Positions 45,660 through 56,040 of a stretch of 64,000 bases of DNA are shown one piece after another. Under the pieces are notes generated by a model, which was given only the letters and a program-made list of their open reading frames with translations, was not told the origin of the DNA and searched no databases. Numbering within the stretch: the stretch's first letter is position 1; every line of letters begins with the position of its first letter. The position numbers and the translations under genes were made by a program. Source of the stretch: an uncultured Actinomycetes bacterium (GTDB lineage: Bacteria > Actinomycetota > Thermoleophilia > Solirubrobacterales > Solirubrobacteraceae); the NCBI GenBank assembly GCA_963830085.1, contig CAWHLF010000013.1:60808-124807 (forward strand), written 5' to 3'.

Positions 45660-47481
45660 TCAGCCGTCGTACAAGCCCGCGAAGACGTCCGCATAGCGCT
45701 CGTAGACGACGCCGCGCTTGACCTTCAGCGTCGGCGTGAGCTCGTCCTCCTCCTGGGAGAGGTCGCGGTCGAGGACGGCGAAGCGCTTGACCTGCTCGAT
45801 GCGGGCGAAGCGCTTGTTCGTCGCGTCGACGGCCTGCTGGAGCTCGGCGCGCACCTTGGGGTCGGCGGCGAGCGCGGCCATGTCGGCTCCGGCGGCGCCG
45901 ATCTTCTCGGCGAGCGCCGGGGCCTCGTCGGGATCGAGCGTCAGCACCGCGGTGAGGTAGGACCGGCGGTCGCCGTAGACGACGGCGCGCGAGATCCAGC
46001 GCGACTGCGCGAGCGCGCTCTCGATGTTCGACGGCGAGACGTTCTTGCCGCTCGACGTGATGATGAGGTCCTTCTTGCGGCCGGTGATGCGCAGGTAGCC
46101 GTCGTCGTCGAGCTCGCCGAGGTCGCCCGAGCGCAGCCAGCCGTCGCGCATCGTCGCCCGCGTCGCCGCGACGTCGCGGTAGTAGCCGGTGAAGATGTTG
46201 GCGCCGCGCATGAGGATCTCGCCGTCCTCGGCGATGCGCACCTCGCACCCGGGCACGGGTTTGCCGACCGTCCCGAACCGGTGCTCGGCGGGCGTGTTGA
46301 GCGTCGCGACCGCCGACGTCTCGGTCATGCCGTAGCCCTCGAGCACGAGCACGCCGGCGGCGTCGAAGAACTCGAGGATCTGCTGGTCGATCGGCGCCGC
46401 GCCGGTGATCGCGAACCGGATCCGGCCGCCGAACAGCGCGCGCACCTTGCTGAGGACGAGCGCGTCGGCGACCGCGAGCTTGGCCTGGAGCACGCGGCCG
46501 GGGCGCCGGCCGGCGCGCTCCATCGCCCGCGCCTTTCGCCCGACGCCGAAGGCCCAGCGGAAGAGCCTGAGCTTCGCGCCGCCGGATGCCTCGACGCGCG
46601 CCGTCGCCGTCGTGTGGATCTTCTCGAAGATCCGCGGCACCGAGGGCAGCTGCGTCGGCTTGGCCGCCGCGACGTCGGCGACGATGAGCTTCGGGTCCCG
46701 TCGCCAGTACACGAGCTCCCCGCCCGCGTCGATGTTGAAGATCTGCACGATCCGCGTGAGGACGTGCGCGAGCGGCAGGAAGATGTAGGTGACCTCGTCG
46801 CCGGGGACGACCTCGACGCGCTGGCGCACCATGCCGACGCAGGAGACGAGGTTCGCGTGCGTGAGCATGCAGCCCTTCGGGGGGCCCGTCGTGCCCGACG
46901 TGTAGACGATCGTCGCGAGGTCGCCGGGCGCGACCGCGCCGGCCCGCTCGGCGAGCTCCTCCTCGGAGGTCTCCTTCGCGCGGTCGCGCATGTCCTCGAG
47001 CGAGAGCGCGTCCTCGGCGGGCCCGTCGAAGACGATGACGTGGCGCAGCGCCGGAAGCTCGGAGCGGATCTCGCGGAGCTTCGCGAGCTGCTCCTCGTCC
47101 TCGCAGAAGATCGCCTTCGCGCCGGAGTGCTCGAGGACGTAGAGGCACTCCTCGGGCGAGTTCGTCTGGTAGACCGGGACGACGACGGCGCCCGCGCAGA
47201 GCGTGCCGAAGTCGGCGAGCGTCCACTCCGCGCGGGTGTTGGAGAGGATCGCGACGCGATCGCCGGGCTGCACCCCGAGGGCCATGAGCCCGGCCGCGAG
47301 CTGGCGCACGCCCTGCCCGAGCGCGGGGAACGTGATCCGCCGCCACTCGTTTGTCGTCGGGGTAGCGCAGGGCGGTCCCCTCGTGTCGCATGGCGGCATC
47401 GAGGACGAGCGCTGCGAGCGTGCGCGGGCCATGGTCGGCGTCGGTCACCGTGGGTTGCGACTTCGGCCACAGCGCGAGCAT
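45660..47481 (-). pseudogene. fadD: long-chain fatty-acid--CoA ligase (AMP-forming), frame-disrupted at the TTT run near 47350
   Basis: AMP-binding motifs TSGTTGPPKG and GYGMTETS, ending ...TPTLKVKR. The N-terminus (M)LALWPKSQPTVTDADHGPRTLAALVLDAAMRHEGTALRYPDD lies in the neighbouring frame (track ORF 45370..47619). The start codon is tentative. Confidence 0.85.
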
Positions 47482-47551
47482 ACGCGGAGGCTGGTCGAAG
47501 GTCGTGGGTTCTCCCCGGCGCGGCGCCGCGGAGGCTACTGTCGGTCCTGGG

Positions 47552-48335
47552 ATGAGACGGATGATCGGCAGCGGCAGGTATGCCAACGTCGCGGCGACGC
47601 TCGCCGTCGTGCTGGCCATGAGCGGAACGGGCTACGCCGCGACGAAGCTCGCCCAGAACAGCGTGACGTCCAAGCACGTCAAGGACCGCTCGCTGCTGCG
47701 CCGGGACTTCAAGGCCGGGCAGCTCCCGGCGGGCGCGACGGGCGAGCGCGGGGCGACGGGTGCCGCCGGCGCGGCCGGCGGCCCCCGGCGCACCCGGCCC
47801 GCAGGGCAACCCGGGCCTCCAGGGCGGTCAGGGCATCCCCGGCCCGCGCGGGCCCCAGGGCATCGAGGGCCTCCGGGGCGAGTCCGGCGCGCAGGGTCCC
47901 GAGGGCCCGGCCGGTCCGGCCACCGGCGTCCCCGGGCCCGCCGGTCCTCCCGGGCCCGGCGGGGGCGCACCGCCCGCCGTCTTCCAGCGCGTCGCGGGCC
48001 CGATCGCGATCGCGCCCGGCGGCGGCGACCAGACGATCCAGACGATGAACCTGCCGGCCGGCAACTGGGTCATCACGCACAAGTCGGTCGCCGTGAACAC
48101 CGGTGGCGACGCGAGCATCAGCTGCCGGCTCGCGCTCGGCGCGACGACGATCGACAGCCTCGGCGCCGACGGCTTCGAGTTCGGCACGGGAACGAACAAC
48201 ACGACGCTCGTCGGTGCGGGCACGCTGGCGGCGCCGGGCACGGCGACCGTCGTCTGCCTCACGAACGCAGGCGGCGGCAGCTACCACGCGCTGAGCATGG
48301 TCGCCACCCAGGCGCTGAGCCTCACCGCGGGCTGA
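47552..48335 (+). pseudogene. collagen-like (GXY) signal-anchored protein, paralog C, frame-disrupted at the C5 run 47782-47786
   Basis: MRRMIGSGRYANVAATLAVVLAMSGTGYAATKLAQNSVTSKHVKDRSLLRRDFKAGQLPAGATGERGATGAAGAAGGP. After a 1-nt shift it continues GAPGPQGNPGLQGGQGIPGPRGPQGIEGLRGESGAQGPEGPAGP...GNWVITHKSVAVNTGGDASISCRL...VVCLTNAGGGSYHALSMVATQALSLTAG*. Confidence 0.75.
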
Positions 48336-48356
48336 CCCGCCGGCGCAACACGTCGC

Positions 48357-48379
48357 GAGGGCGCCGCCGCGGCGCCCTC
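48357..48379 (+). terminator. perfect 9-bp hairpin after collagen-like gene C
   Basis: GAGGGCGCC (48357-48365), loop gccgc, GGCGCCCTC (48371-48379). Confidence 0.5.
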
Positions 48380-48420
48380 TCATCGCAGGCTCATCATCGG
48401 GTGGGCTAGATCTTCGCCAC

Positions 48421-49201
48421 ATGAACCGGCTCTTCGGCGGCAGGTACGCGGCCGTCACGGCAACGCTGGCGCTCATCGCGGCCCTCGGCGGGACGAGCTA
48501 CGCGGCGACGAAGCTCCTGCCCAACAGCGTGACGTCGCGGAGCCGTCAAGGACGGCTCCCTGCTGCGCAAGGACTTCAAGGCCGGGAAGCTGCCGGCCCC
48601 CAGGCCGGGACCCGCCGGTCCGGCCGGGGCAGCGGGCGCTGCGGGGCCCCCGGGGGCCCCCGGCAACACCGGCCCGACGGGCCCGCTCGGACCGCAGGGC
48701 GCCACCGGCGGCCAGGGCCTGCCGGGCGTCCAGGGCCCGCAGGGATCCAAGGGCGACACCGGGGCCGATGGTCCCGCCGGAGGACCGCCCGGTCCCCAGG
48801 GTCCTCCGGGTCCGGGTGGCGGCGCGCTGCCGGGCATCTTCAAGTTCACCGCCGGCCCGGTCGCGATCGTGCCCGGCGGCGGGACGCAGACCGTGCAGAG
48901 CATCAACCTGCCCGGCGGCAGCTGGATCGTGTCCGCCCAGTTCGTCGCGGTCAACGCCGGCAACGACGCCACGATCGCCTGCCGGCTCGTGCTGAACCCG
49001 GGCAACACGACGATCGCGTCCCTCGGCGGCAACGGCATCGATCTCGGCGGCCTCGGCGCGAGCAACCAGGCGCTCACCGGCGCGGGGACGCTCGGCGCCG
49101 CGGGCACGGCGCAGGTCACCTGCACGACCTCCGTGAGCGCCGGGAGCTATGAGTCGGTGAGCATGACCGCCACGCAGGTGGCCTCGCTCACCGCCGGCTG
49201 A
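48421..49201 (+). pseudogene. collagen-like (GXY) signal-anchored protein, paralog D (closest to C), frame-disrupted near 48541
   Basis: [40 protein letters not shown]. After a 1-nt shift it continues [78 protein letters not shown]...[24 protein letters not shown]...[28 protein letters not shown]. Confidence 0.75.
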
Positions 49202-50397
49202 CGCCTACTTCTTCGCTGCGGGCTTGGCCGTCTTGGCGGCCTTCGGCTTCCGTCGCGGGCTTGCGCGCGTACTTCGCGATGAACGTCTCGGTGTCGGCGT
49301 GCGCCTCGTCGTCGGGCCGCTGGTTCATCGGCGACTTCATGAGGTACGAGGACGGGCCGTCGAGCTGGCCGGAGAGGCCGTGGTTCAGGGCGAGCTTGCA
49401 GCAGCGCACCGCGTCGATGACGATCCCGGCGCTGTTGGGCGAGTCCCAGACCTCGAGCTTGAGCTCGGCGGTCAGCGGGACGTCGCCGAAGGCCTGGCCC
49501 TCGAGGCGGATGTGGGCCCACTTGCGATCGGTGAGCCACGGCACGTAGTCCGACGGGTCCGACGTGGACGTCGCCCGGCGGGAGCTCGTGGCCCATGATC
49601 GACGTCACGGCGTTCGTCTTGGAGATCTTCTTGGACTCCAGGCGCTCGCGCTCGAGCATGTTGAAGAAGTCCATGTTGCCGCCGACGTTGAGCTGCGACG
49701 TGCGCATGAGCTTCACGCCGCGGTCGTGGAAGAGGCGGGCGAGGTTGCGGTGCACGATCGTCGCGCCGACCTGGGACTTGATGTCGTCGCCGACGATCGG
49801 CAGCCCGGCCTTCTTGAAGCGCTTGTGCCAGTAGTCCTCGCGGGCGATGAAGACGGGGATGCAGTTCACGAAGCCGCAGCCGGCCTCGAGCACCTGCTCG
49901 ACGTACCACTTCGTCGCGTCCTCGGAGCCGACCGGCAGGTAGGAGACGACGACGTCGGTGTGCGTGTCCTTGAGGATCTGGACGATGTCGGCGGTCTCGC
50001 CGGGCGCCTTCGTGATCTTCTGCTTGAGGTACTTGCCGAGGCCGTCGTGCGTCATCCCGCGGTGGACCGGGACGCCGAGCTTCTTCGGGACCTTCGCGAA
50101 CTTGATCGTGTTGTTCTGGCCGGACCAGATCGCGGTGCCGAGGTCCTTGCCGACCTTGTCGGCGTCGATGTCGAACGCGGCCGTGAACTCGACGTCGCGG
50201 ATGTGGTAGCCGCCGAGGTCGACGTGCATGAGGCCCGGCACGTCGAGCTCGGCATCCGCGTCGCGGTAGTAGTGGACGCCCTGCACGAACGAGTTCGCGC
50301 AGTTGCCGACGCCGACGATCGCGACCCGGACCTTGTCGTGCTGGTACCGCGCCGCGCCGTTCGTCGAGGCGGCGCCGTTGCCGTTGGTGGGGCTCAT
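49188..50397 (-). pseudogene. ino1: myo-inositol-1-phosphate synthase, frame-disrupted at 49555-49557 (possibly also near 49238)
   Basis: ATG 50397 gives [44 protein letters not shown]...[11 protein letters not shown]...GDVHVGP. After a 1-nt shift it continues [43 protein letters not shown]... An alternative Lys/Ala-rich end, [11 protein letters not shown], stops at 49205. Confidence 0.85.
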
Positions 50398-50460
50398 GTG
50401 CTGTTCAGTTCCCTTCGTAAGACCGTTCCGGGGCTTACACACCCCGTCAACACTTGCTCG

Positions 50461-51123
50461 TTACAGGACCGCCGGCTCGCTGAGCGCGCGCTTGACGTGG
50501 AGGATCCGCTGCACGACGGTGATGCTCGACAGCGCGGCCAGGACGTAGACCGCCGGCTCGAGGGCGCCGAGATCGGCGAAGACGAGGCCCGCCGACAGGA
50601 TGATGACGCGTACGAGCCGATCGGCGATCCCGACCTTGCACTCGACGCCCAGGGCCTCGGCTCGCGCACGCGTGTAGGAGACGACGAGCGACGCCATGAC
50701 GGCCACGACGACCGCCGCGACCGCGAGCTCGTCGCCCTCCTCCGTGAACGTCGTCGCGACGGCCGTGAGGACGATCCCCTCGACGATGCGGTCGAGCGTC
50801 GAGTCCAGGAACGCGCCGAACGGCGTGCCCTTGCCCGACATCCGCGAGTAGCCGCCGTCGAGCGTGTCGCAGATCGACCCGATGATGAAGACGACGCCGC
50901 CGATGAAGAACTCGTGCTGCCAGACGAGCGCCGCGGCGACGACGTTCAGGACGAAGCCCGCCATCGAGATCTGGTTCGGCGTCAGGCGCGAGGCGACGAG
51001 GCGGTCGCGCAGGACGGCGAGCTGCACCGCGCCGGGCCGCGGGCGGCCCTCGGCCGCGCCCGGGCGCCGGCGGGGGCTGGGCTCGGTCGGTGGGGGCGGG
51101 GGCTGCTGCGTTCCCGCGCGCAT
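50461..51123 (-). CDS. CDP-alcohol phosphatidyltransferase (phosphatidylinositol-phosphate synthase-like)
   Basis: ATG 51123. CDP-OH transferase motif: CDTLDGGYSRMSGKGTPFGAFLDSTLDR. Adjacent to ino1. Confidence 0.8.
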   Translation of the reverse strand: MRAGTQQPPPPPTEPSPRRRPGAAEGRPRPGAVQLAVLRDRLVASRLTPNQISMAGFVLNVVAAALVWQHEFFIGGVVFIIGSICDTLDGGYSRMSGKGTPFGAFLDSTLDRIVEGIVLTAVATTFTEEGDELAVAAVVVAVMASLVVSYTRARAEALGVECKVGIADRLVRVIILSAGLVFADLGALEPAVYVLAALSSITVVQRILHVKRALSEPAVL

Positions 51124-51941
51124 CAAGTCGAAGCCGGCGCGACGTCGACGGCGGGGGCCGCTTTCCCGGCGGTGCGCGGCGGCGACCGGAACGACCACAC
51201 GTCGGGGCGCAGCCGCGCCATGCCCATCGCCGCCAGCGCGCCGAGGCCGGCGGCCATCGCGCCGAGGACGGCGTCGGCGAGGAAGTGGTTGGCCGTCACG
51301 ACGATGACGAAGACGACGAGCAGCGGATAGAGCCACCAGAAGACCTTCACGGCGCGCCAGCGCACGAGCAGCGCGAGCGGGACGCTGATCATGAGCGCGA
51401 AGCCCACGTGCATCGAGGGCACCGCCGCGTAGGGGTTGAAGAGCTTGCCGATCGTGACGCTGTCCTGCGGGACGCCGGTGAAGTCCGAGACGGCGTCGAA
51501 GAAGCCCCACTCAGGGAAGAAGCGCGGCGGCGCGGTCGGAAAGACGGTATAGCCGATGAGCGCGATCCCGAAGGCGACGAGGAACATGTTGCGCACGAAG
51601 TAGAAGCTCTGGTTGCGGAAGAGGTACAGCCAGGCGAGCGCGCCGACGGTGATCGAGGTCTGCGCGTTGATGTACATCCAGGCCGAGCCGTCGATGAGCC
51701 ACTGCTGGCCGGACGTGAACGACTGGATCGACGGCTCGATGAAGACGTTGAGCGTGCGCTCGATGCCGATGAGGTCGCGCGCGTTCTGGAACGCGGCGGT
51801 CGCCGCGTCGGGGTGGTTGACGAGGCCGCGGGTCAGCCGGTAGAGCTGGTAGGCGGCGACGAACAGCAGCACCTGGCGCACCACGTCGAGGGGACCGTGG
51901 GGCAAGAGGCGCGCCTGAAACGAGCTGAGGCGGGCGGTCAT
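51123..51941 (-). CDS. PAP2_3 (AUR1/IPC-synthase-like) membrane protein
   Basis: 272 aa with motifs AVPSMHVGFALMI and TANHFLADAVLG. The stop overlaps the ATG of the CDP-alcohol transferase gene (ATGA). Confidence 0.75.
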   Translation of the reverse strand: MTARLSSFQARLLPHGPLDVVRQVLLFVAAYQLYRLTRGLVNHPDAATAAFQNARDLIGIERTLNVFIEPSIQSFTSGQQWLIDGSAWMYINAQTSITVGALAWLYLFRNQSFYFVRNMFLVAFGIALIGYTVFPTAPPRFFPEWGFFDAVSDFTGVPQDSVTIGKLFNPYAAVPSMHVGFALMISVPLALLVRWRAVKVFWWLYPLLVVFVIVVTANHFLADAVLGAMAAGLGALAAMGMARLRPDVWSFRSPPRTAGKAAPAVDVAPAST

Positions 51942-51986
51942 GGCGGGTGAGCCATGCTATCGACCGCGCTGATTTGTGACGAACGT

Positions 51987-53586
51987 TCACGTTCGCTGCG
52001 CGGCGGCCGGCGCGCTGCGCGAGCAGCGGGCGTCCTGGCGCAGCAGCCGGCGCGCGTCGAACGCCGCCTCGACACGGATCGTGCCGGTGCTCAGCGCGTA
52101 GACGAGCGTCCAGCCGCCCGGGGCGCGCAGGACGCAGCCGCGGCCGGCCGAGATCCGCCAGTACGGCGTGAAGCGGACGCGCACGAGCGTGAAGCCCGGC
52201 CGCCCCACGCGCAGCCGGAAGGACTGCGGCGCCAGGTGCGTGACCGTGCCGACGCCGTCCGCCAGCCCGGGCGTGCCGACGACCTCGAAGATCCGCCAGT
52301 GGCGGTCGCGGAAGACCGGCCGCAGGAACGGCTGGCCGGCGCGGATGAGGCGCGCCTCGTCGCGACCGCTGGGGTCCAGCGCGACGTCCGGCAGCGCGAC
52401 GTAGCGCACGCCCTCGCGGTCGAGCCACGCGCGGTAGCGCGCGGGCGTGAGCTTGCCGTCGCCCTCGCGGAAGAGCGCGTTGTACTTGCGGTCGAGCTGG
52501 GTGACCCAGCCGCGGGCCAGCGGGATGCGGCGCGCGACGTGGACCGATTCCCAGTGCAGGCGCGTGAACGGCACCTCGACGCGCACGGCGCCCTCGGCGC
52601 GGGTGTCGATGAAGCTCACGAGCGGGCTGAAGTAGGCCGCCTGGGCCGACGGGTCGAAGCCCTTGAGCGTCTCGCGCACCGGCGCCCACCACTGCCAGAC
52701 GAGCAGCCCGGCGGCGACGCTCAGCACCTGGCGGCGGCGGCGCGCCGTGTTGCAGCGGCGACAGCGCGGCGCAGAGCAGCAGCGGCCCGGCGAACGCGAC
52801 GCCGAGCCGGCTCGCGTTGTCGCCCATCGGCGAGGCCACCGCGAACGCCAGCAGCGCCGAGGCGAGGTAGACGAGCGCGCCGGCGCGCAGCGTGCGCTCG
52901 CGCGCCGGCAGCAGCCAGAGCAGCAGCAGGCAGCAGACGACGATCGCCGCCAGCGTGCTCGTGTTGAACGGCTGGCTGCCGCCCTCCGGGAAGAGGACCG
53001 TCAGCACGACGGCGGGGGCGACCGACACCGCGGCCAGCCAGAGCCCGATCCGCTCGCGGCGGTCGACGGCGAGCCAGTGCGCGACGCCGGCGAGCGCGAG
53101 GAACAGGCCGGCGACGGGGCTGGCGAGCGTGCAGGCGACGCCGAGCGCGAGGCCGGTCCGGCGATATCCGCGCTGGATCGCGAAGACGGCGGCGAGGGCG
53201 AACGTCACGCCGAGGGCGAACGTCATGCGGCCGATGAGCAGGTCCGCCGCGGTGCCGGCGCCGAACCACAGCGCGCCCCAGCGTGCGGCGGCGTCGCCGA
53301 AGTGCCGGCGCGCGATGCGCTCGAAGAGGACGGCGGAGGCGACCGCCGCCAGCGCCCCGGCGATGCGGGCGCCGAGCAGCGCGCCGATCGGCGGGTAGAG
53401 GATCGAGTACGCCGGGGTGTGGTGGCCGCCGTACCAGTTGGCGTTGAAGAGCGTGAAGCCCTCGCGCTCGAAGAGGCCGGCGCGGTAGACCGCCGCGGCG
53501 AGGTCCGGCGTCGCGGGCGCGAACAGCAGCCACGCGACCGCGAGGGCGGCCGCGATGAGCCACGGTGTCGTGGTCGCGCGCGCCAT
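51987..53586 (-). pseudogene. large polytopic membrane protein with soluble C-domain (GT-C-like glycosyltransferase candidate), paralog 1, frame-disrupted near 52740
   Basis: The N-terminal 280 aa are in track ORF 51511..53586: MARATTTPWLIAAALAVAWLL...FNANWYGGHHTPAYSILYPPIGALLG... The C-terminal 246 aa are in track ORF 51987..52727. The function call is inferred from architecture only. Confidence 0.6.
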
Positions 53587-53634
53587 CGTGCGGCGACGCT
53601 AGACGGGCGTTGTCGCGACGGTGTTTCCGGCGTG

Positions 53635-55196
53635 TCACCGGCGGCAGGAGCTGCCATCCAGGCGCGCCTGGACGCGCACGACGCCGGCGACCGACACGCT
53701 GCACGCGCGTCATCCCGCCGGGGCCGCGCCGCACGCACGCGCGCCCGCCGGTGACGCGCCACCAGCGCGTGTGGCGGACGCGCACGACGGCCGTGCCCGC
53801 GCGCCGCGCGCGCAGCTCGAAGCCGTCGGCTGTGAGCCGCACGGCGCCGCGCGCGCGCCCGCTCGCGAGCGGCTCCGGGTCGCGGACGGCGAAGACGCGC
53901 CAGTGCTCGTCGCGCCAGACCGGGCGCAGGTAGGGCAGGCCGCGCGCGACGAGCCGCGCCTCGTCGCGGCCGGCGTCGTCGAGCGCGACGTCGGGCAGCG
54001 CGACGTACGCGACGGCGTGCTCGCCGAGCCAGGCGCGGTAGCTGTCGGCGGTGAGGCTGCCGTCGTAGAAGAGCGCGCCGTAGCGGCGGTCGAGCTGGCG
54101 CTGCCAGCCGCGCGCGAGCGGGACGTGACGCGCGACGTGCGCGCCCTCCCAGTGGTTCTCGGTGTACGGGATCTCGACGCGGAAAACGCCGCGGACGGCT
54201 CTCGAGGAAGCGGACGAGCGGCGCGTGGTAGGCCGCCTGCACGGACGGATCGCCCGTCGCCCGCACGACGTCGCGGACCGGCGGATAGAGCGCCCAGTAG
54301 GCGAGCGGCAGCGCGACGGCGGCCAGGAGCGCGGGCCGCCTGCGGCCGACGAGCGTCCCGAGGACGACCGGGCCGGCGACGAGCGCGCCGAGCCGCGTGA
54401 CGTTGCCGCCGACCGGCGTCGAGAGCGCGAACGCCGCGACGGTCGCGAGGGCGTAGAGGCCGGCGCCCGCGCGCAGCGCCCGCTCGCGCGCGGGCAGGAG
54501 CACCGCGACGAGCGCGATCGCCGCCAGCGCGGGCCAGAACGACGATGCGACGAACGGCTCGTCGCCGCCCTCCGGGAAGAGCGCGGCGAGCGCGAGGGCG
54601 GGCGCGAGCGCCGCGGCGGCGACGAGCAACGCGCCGGTTCGCCGCTCGGGCGTCGTCGCCGCGACCGCGACCGCGGCGAGGGCGAGGAACAGCGCCGCGA
54701 CGGGGCTCGCCGCCGCGGTCAGCGCGGCCAGGACGACCGCGGCCGTGCGCCTGGCGCCGCTCAGCGCGAGCAGCGCGCCGGTGGCGATCGCGACGCCGAG
54801 CAGGAACGTCATCCGGCCGGTCAGCAGCATCGCGACGCAGCCGAGCGCGAACCACGCGGAGGCCGCGGTCGCCGCCGGCGGGGCCCAGTGGCGGCGCGCG
54901 AGGCGCGCGAAGAGCGCGGCCGCCGCGACGACGGCGAGCGCGCCCGCGAGCCGCACGCCGAGCAGCGCGCCCAGCGGCGGGAAGAGGACGCTGTAGGCGG
55001 GCGTGTGGTGGCCCGCGAACCAGCCGTTGTCCCAGATGGCGAGGCCCGCGTCGCGGACGAGCTGCGCGCGGTACTCCTGGGCGGCGAGGTCGGCGCTCGG
55101 CGGGTCGAGCAGGAGGTAGACGGCGGCGCCGAGCGCCGCCACGACCCAGGGCATCGTCGTGCGCGCGCGGCTCACGCCCGCAACCCTCGCAGGCAT
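53635..55196 (-). pseudogene. paralog 2 of the preceding membrane protein, at least two frame disruptions (about 54200 and 53690)
   Basis: Sequence runs ...WDNGWFAGHHTPAYSVLFPPLGALLG...HAPLVRFLE. After a shift it continues AVRGVFRVEIPYTENHWEGAHVARHVPLARGWQRQLDRRYGALF...RVTGGRACVRRGPGGMTRVQ. After a second shift it ends VSVAGVVRVQARLDGSSCRR*. It is colinear with paralog 1. Confidence 0.6.
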
Positions 55197-55200
55197 CCAC

Positions 55201-56004
55201 TCAGCCGCTGAGGTGCTCGACGATCCGGACGGCGAGCTCGGGCCGGTCGATCCACGGCCAGTGGCCCGCGTCCTCGGCGACCTCGAGCGTCGCGTCGCCG
55301 AGCGTCGCGGCGTAGCCGGCGCCGAAGCGGGCGGGGATCCAGGGATCGTCGGCGCCCCAGAGGACGAGCGCGGGGGCGTCGATCGCGCCGAGCTCCGCGC
55401 CGGCGCTCGCGAGCGACTCGGGCGAGGCGGAGCGCAGGAGGCGCAGCACCGCCCGCTCGGTCCCGAGGTCGAAGGCCGCGGCGACGCTGGCGACGAACGG
55501 CGCAGGCATCGGCCCGGGTCCCGCCGACGCCCGCTTGGAGAGCCGTCGCAGGATCCGCTTCGTCGCGGCGCCGACCGCGATCGGGCCGACGACCGGCGTC
55601 CGCACGAGGCGCGCCGGCCCGCGCCAGCGAAACCCGCCGAGCAGCGGCACGCCGTTTGCGACGACGAGCCGCGTCACCCGCTCGGGGTGCGACATCGCCC
55701 AGCGCAGGCCGACCGCCGCGCCCCAGTCGTGCAGGCAGAGGCGGACGCGGTCGATCGCGAGCTCGTCGAGCAGCCGGTCGACGAACGCGACGTGGCCGGC
55801 GAGCGAGTAGTCGAGGTCGCCGCGCTTGCCGCTGCGACCGAAGCCGGGCAGGTCGACCGCGATCCCACCGCCGAGCTGCAACGGCTCGATCCAGTCGAAG
55901 GAGCTCGTCGGGATGCCGTGCAGGTAGAGGGTCGGCACGGCGTCGTCGCCCGCCCGGCGCAGGAAGACGGGCTGGTCGTCGAGCTCGATCGTCTCCTCTG
56001 TCAC
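55201..56004 (-). CDS. alpha/beta-hydrolase fold protein (haloalkane-dehalogenase/epoxide-hydrolase-like)
   Basis: GTG 56004 gives VTEETIELDDQPVFLRRAGDDAVPTLYLHGIPTSSFDW...LCLHDWGAAVGL (nucleophile elbow)...AGHWPWID. Confidence 0.8.
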   Translation of the reverse strand: MTEETIELDDQPVFLRRAGDDAVPTLYLHGIPTSSFDWIEPLQLGGGIAVDLPGFGRSGKRGDLDYSLAGHVAFVDRLLDELAIDRVRLCLHDWGAAVGLRWAMSHPERVTRLVVANGVPLLGGFRWRGPARLVRTPVVGPIAVGAATKRILRRLSKRASAGPGPMPAPFVASVAAAFDLGTERAVLRLLRSASPESLASAGAELGAIDAPALVLWGADDPWIPARFGAGYAATLGDATLEVAEDAGHWPWIDRPELAVRIVEHLSG

Positions 56005-56040
56005 GGCCTGGCACGGGCCGCGGAAGATAGCCTGGTCGCA

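Noticed and set aside
44565-47555. 996-aa plus-strand ORF
   Set aside because: Only its first part (44901-45385) is real (collagen-like B). The rest is antisense to fadD, with typical antisense GC-frame composition.
44340-48830. GXY-encoding triplet repeats as possible tandem DNA repeats or a CRISPR-like array
   Set aside because: The periodicity is 9 nt or less and imperfect, it lies in frame within coding sequence, and there are no spacer-repeat units. These are collagen-like coding repeats, not an array.
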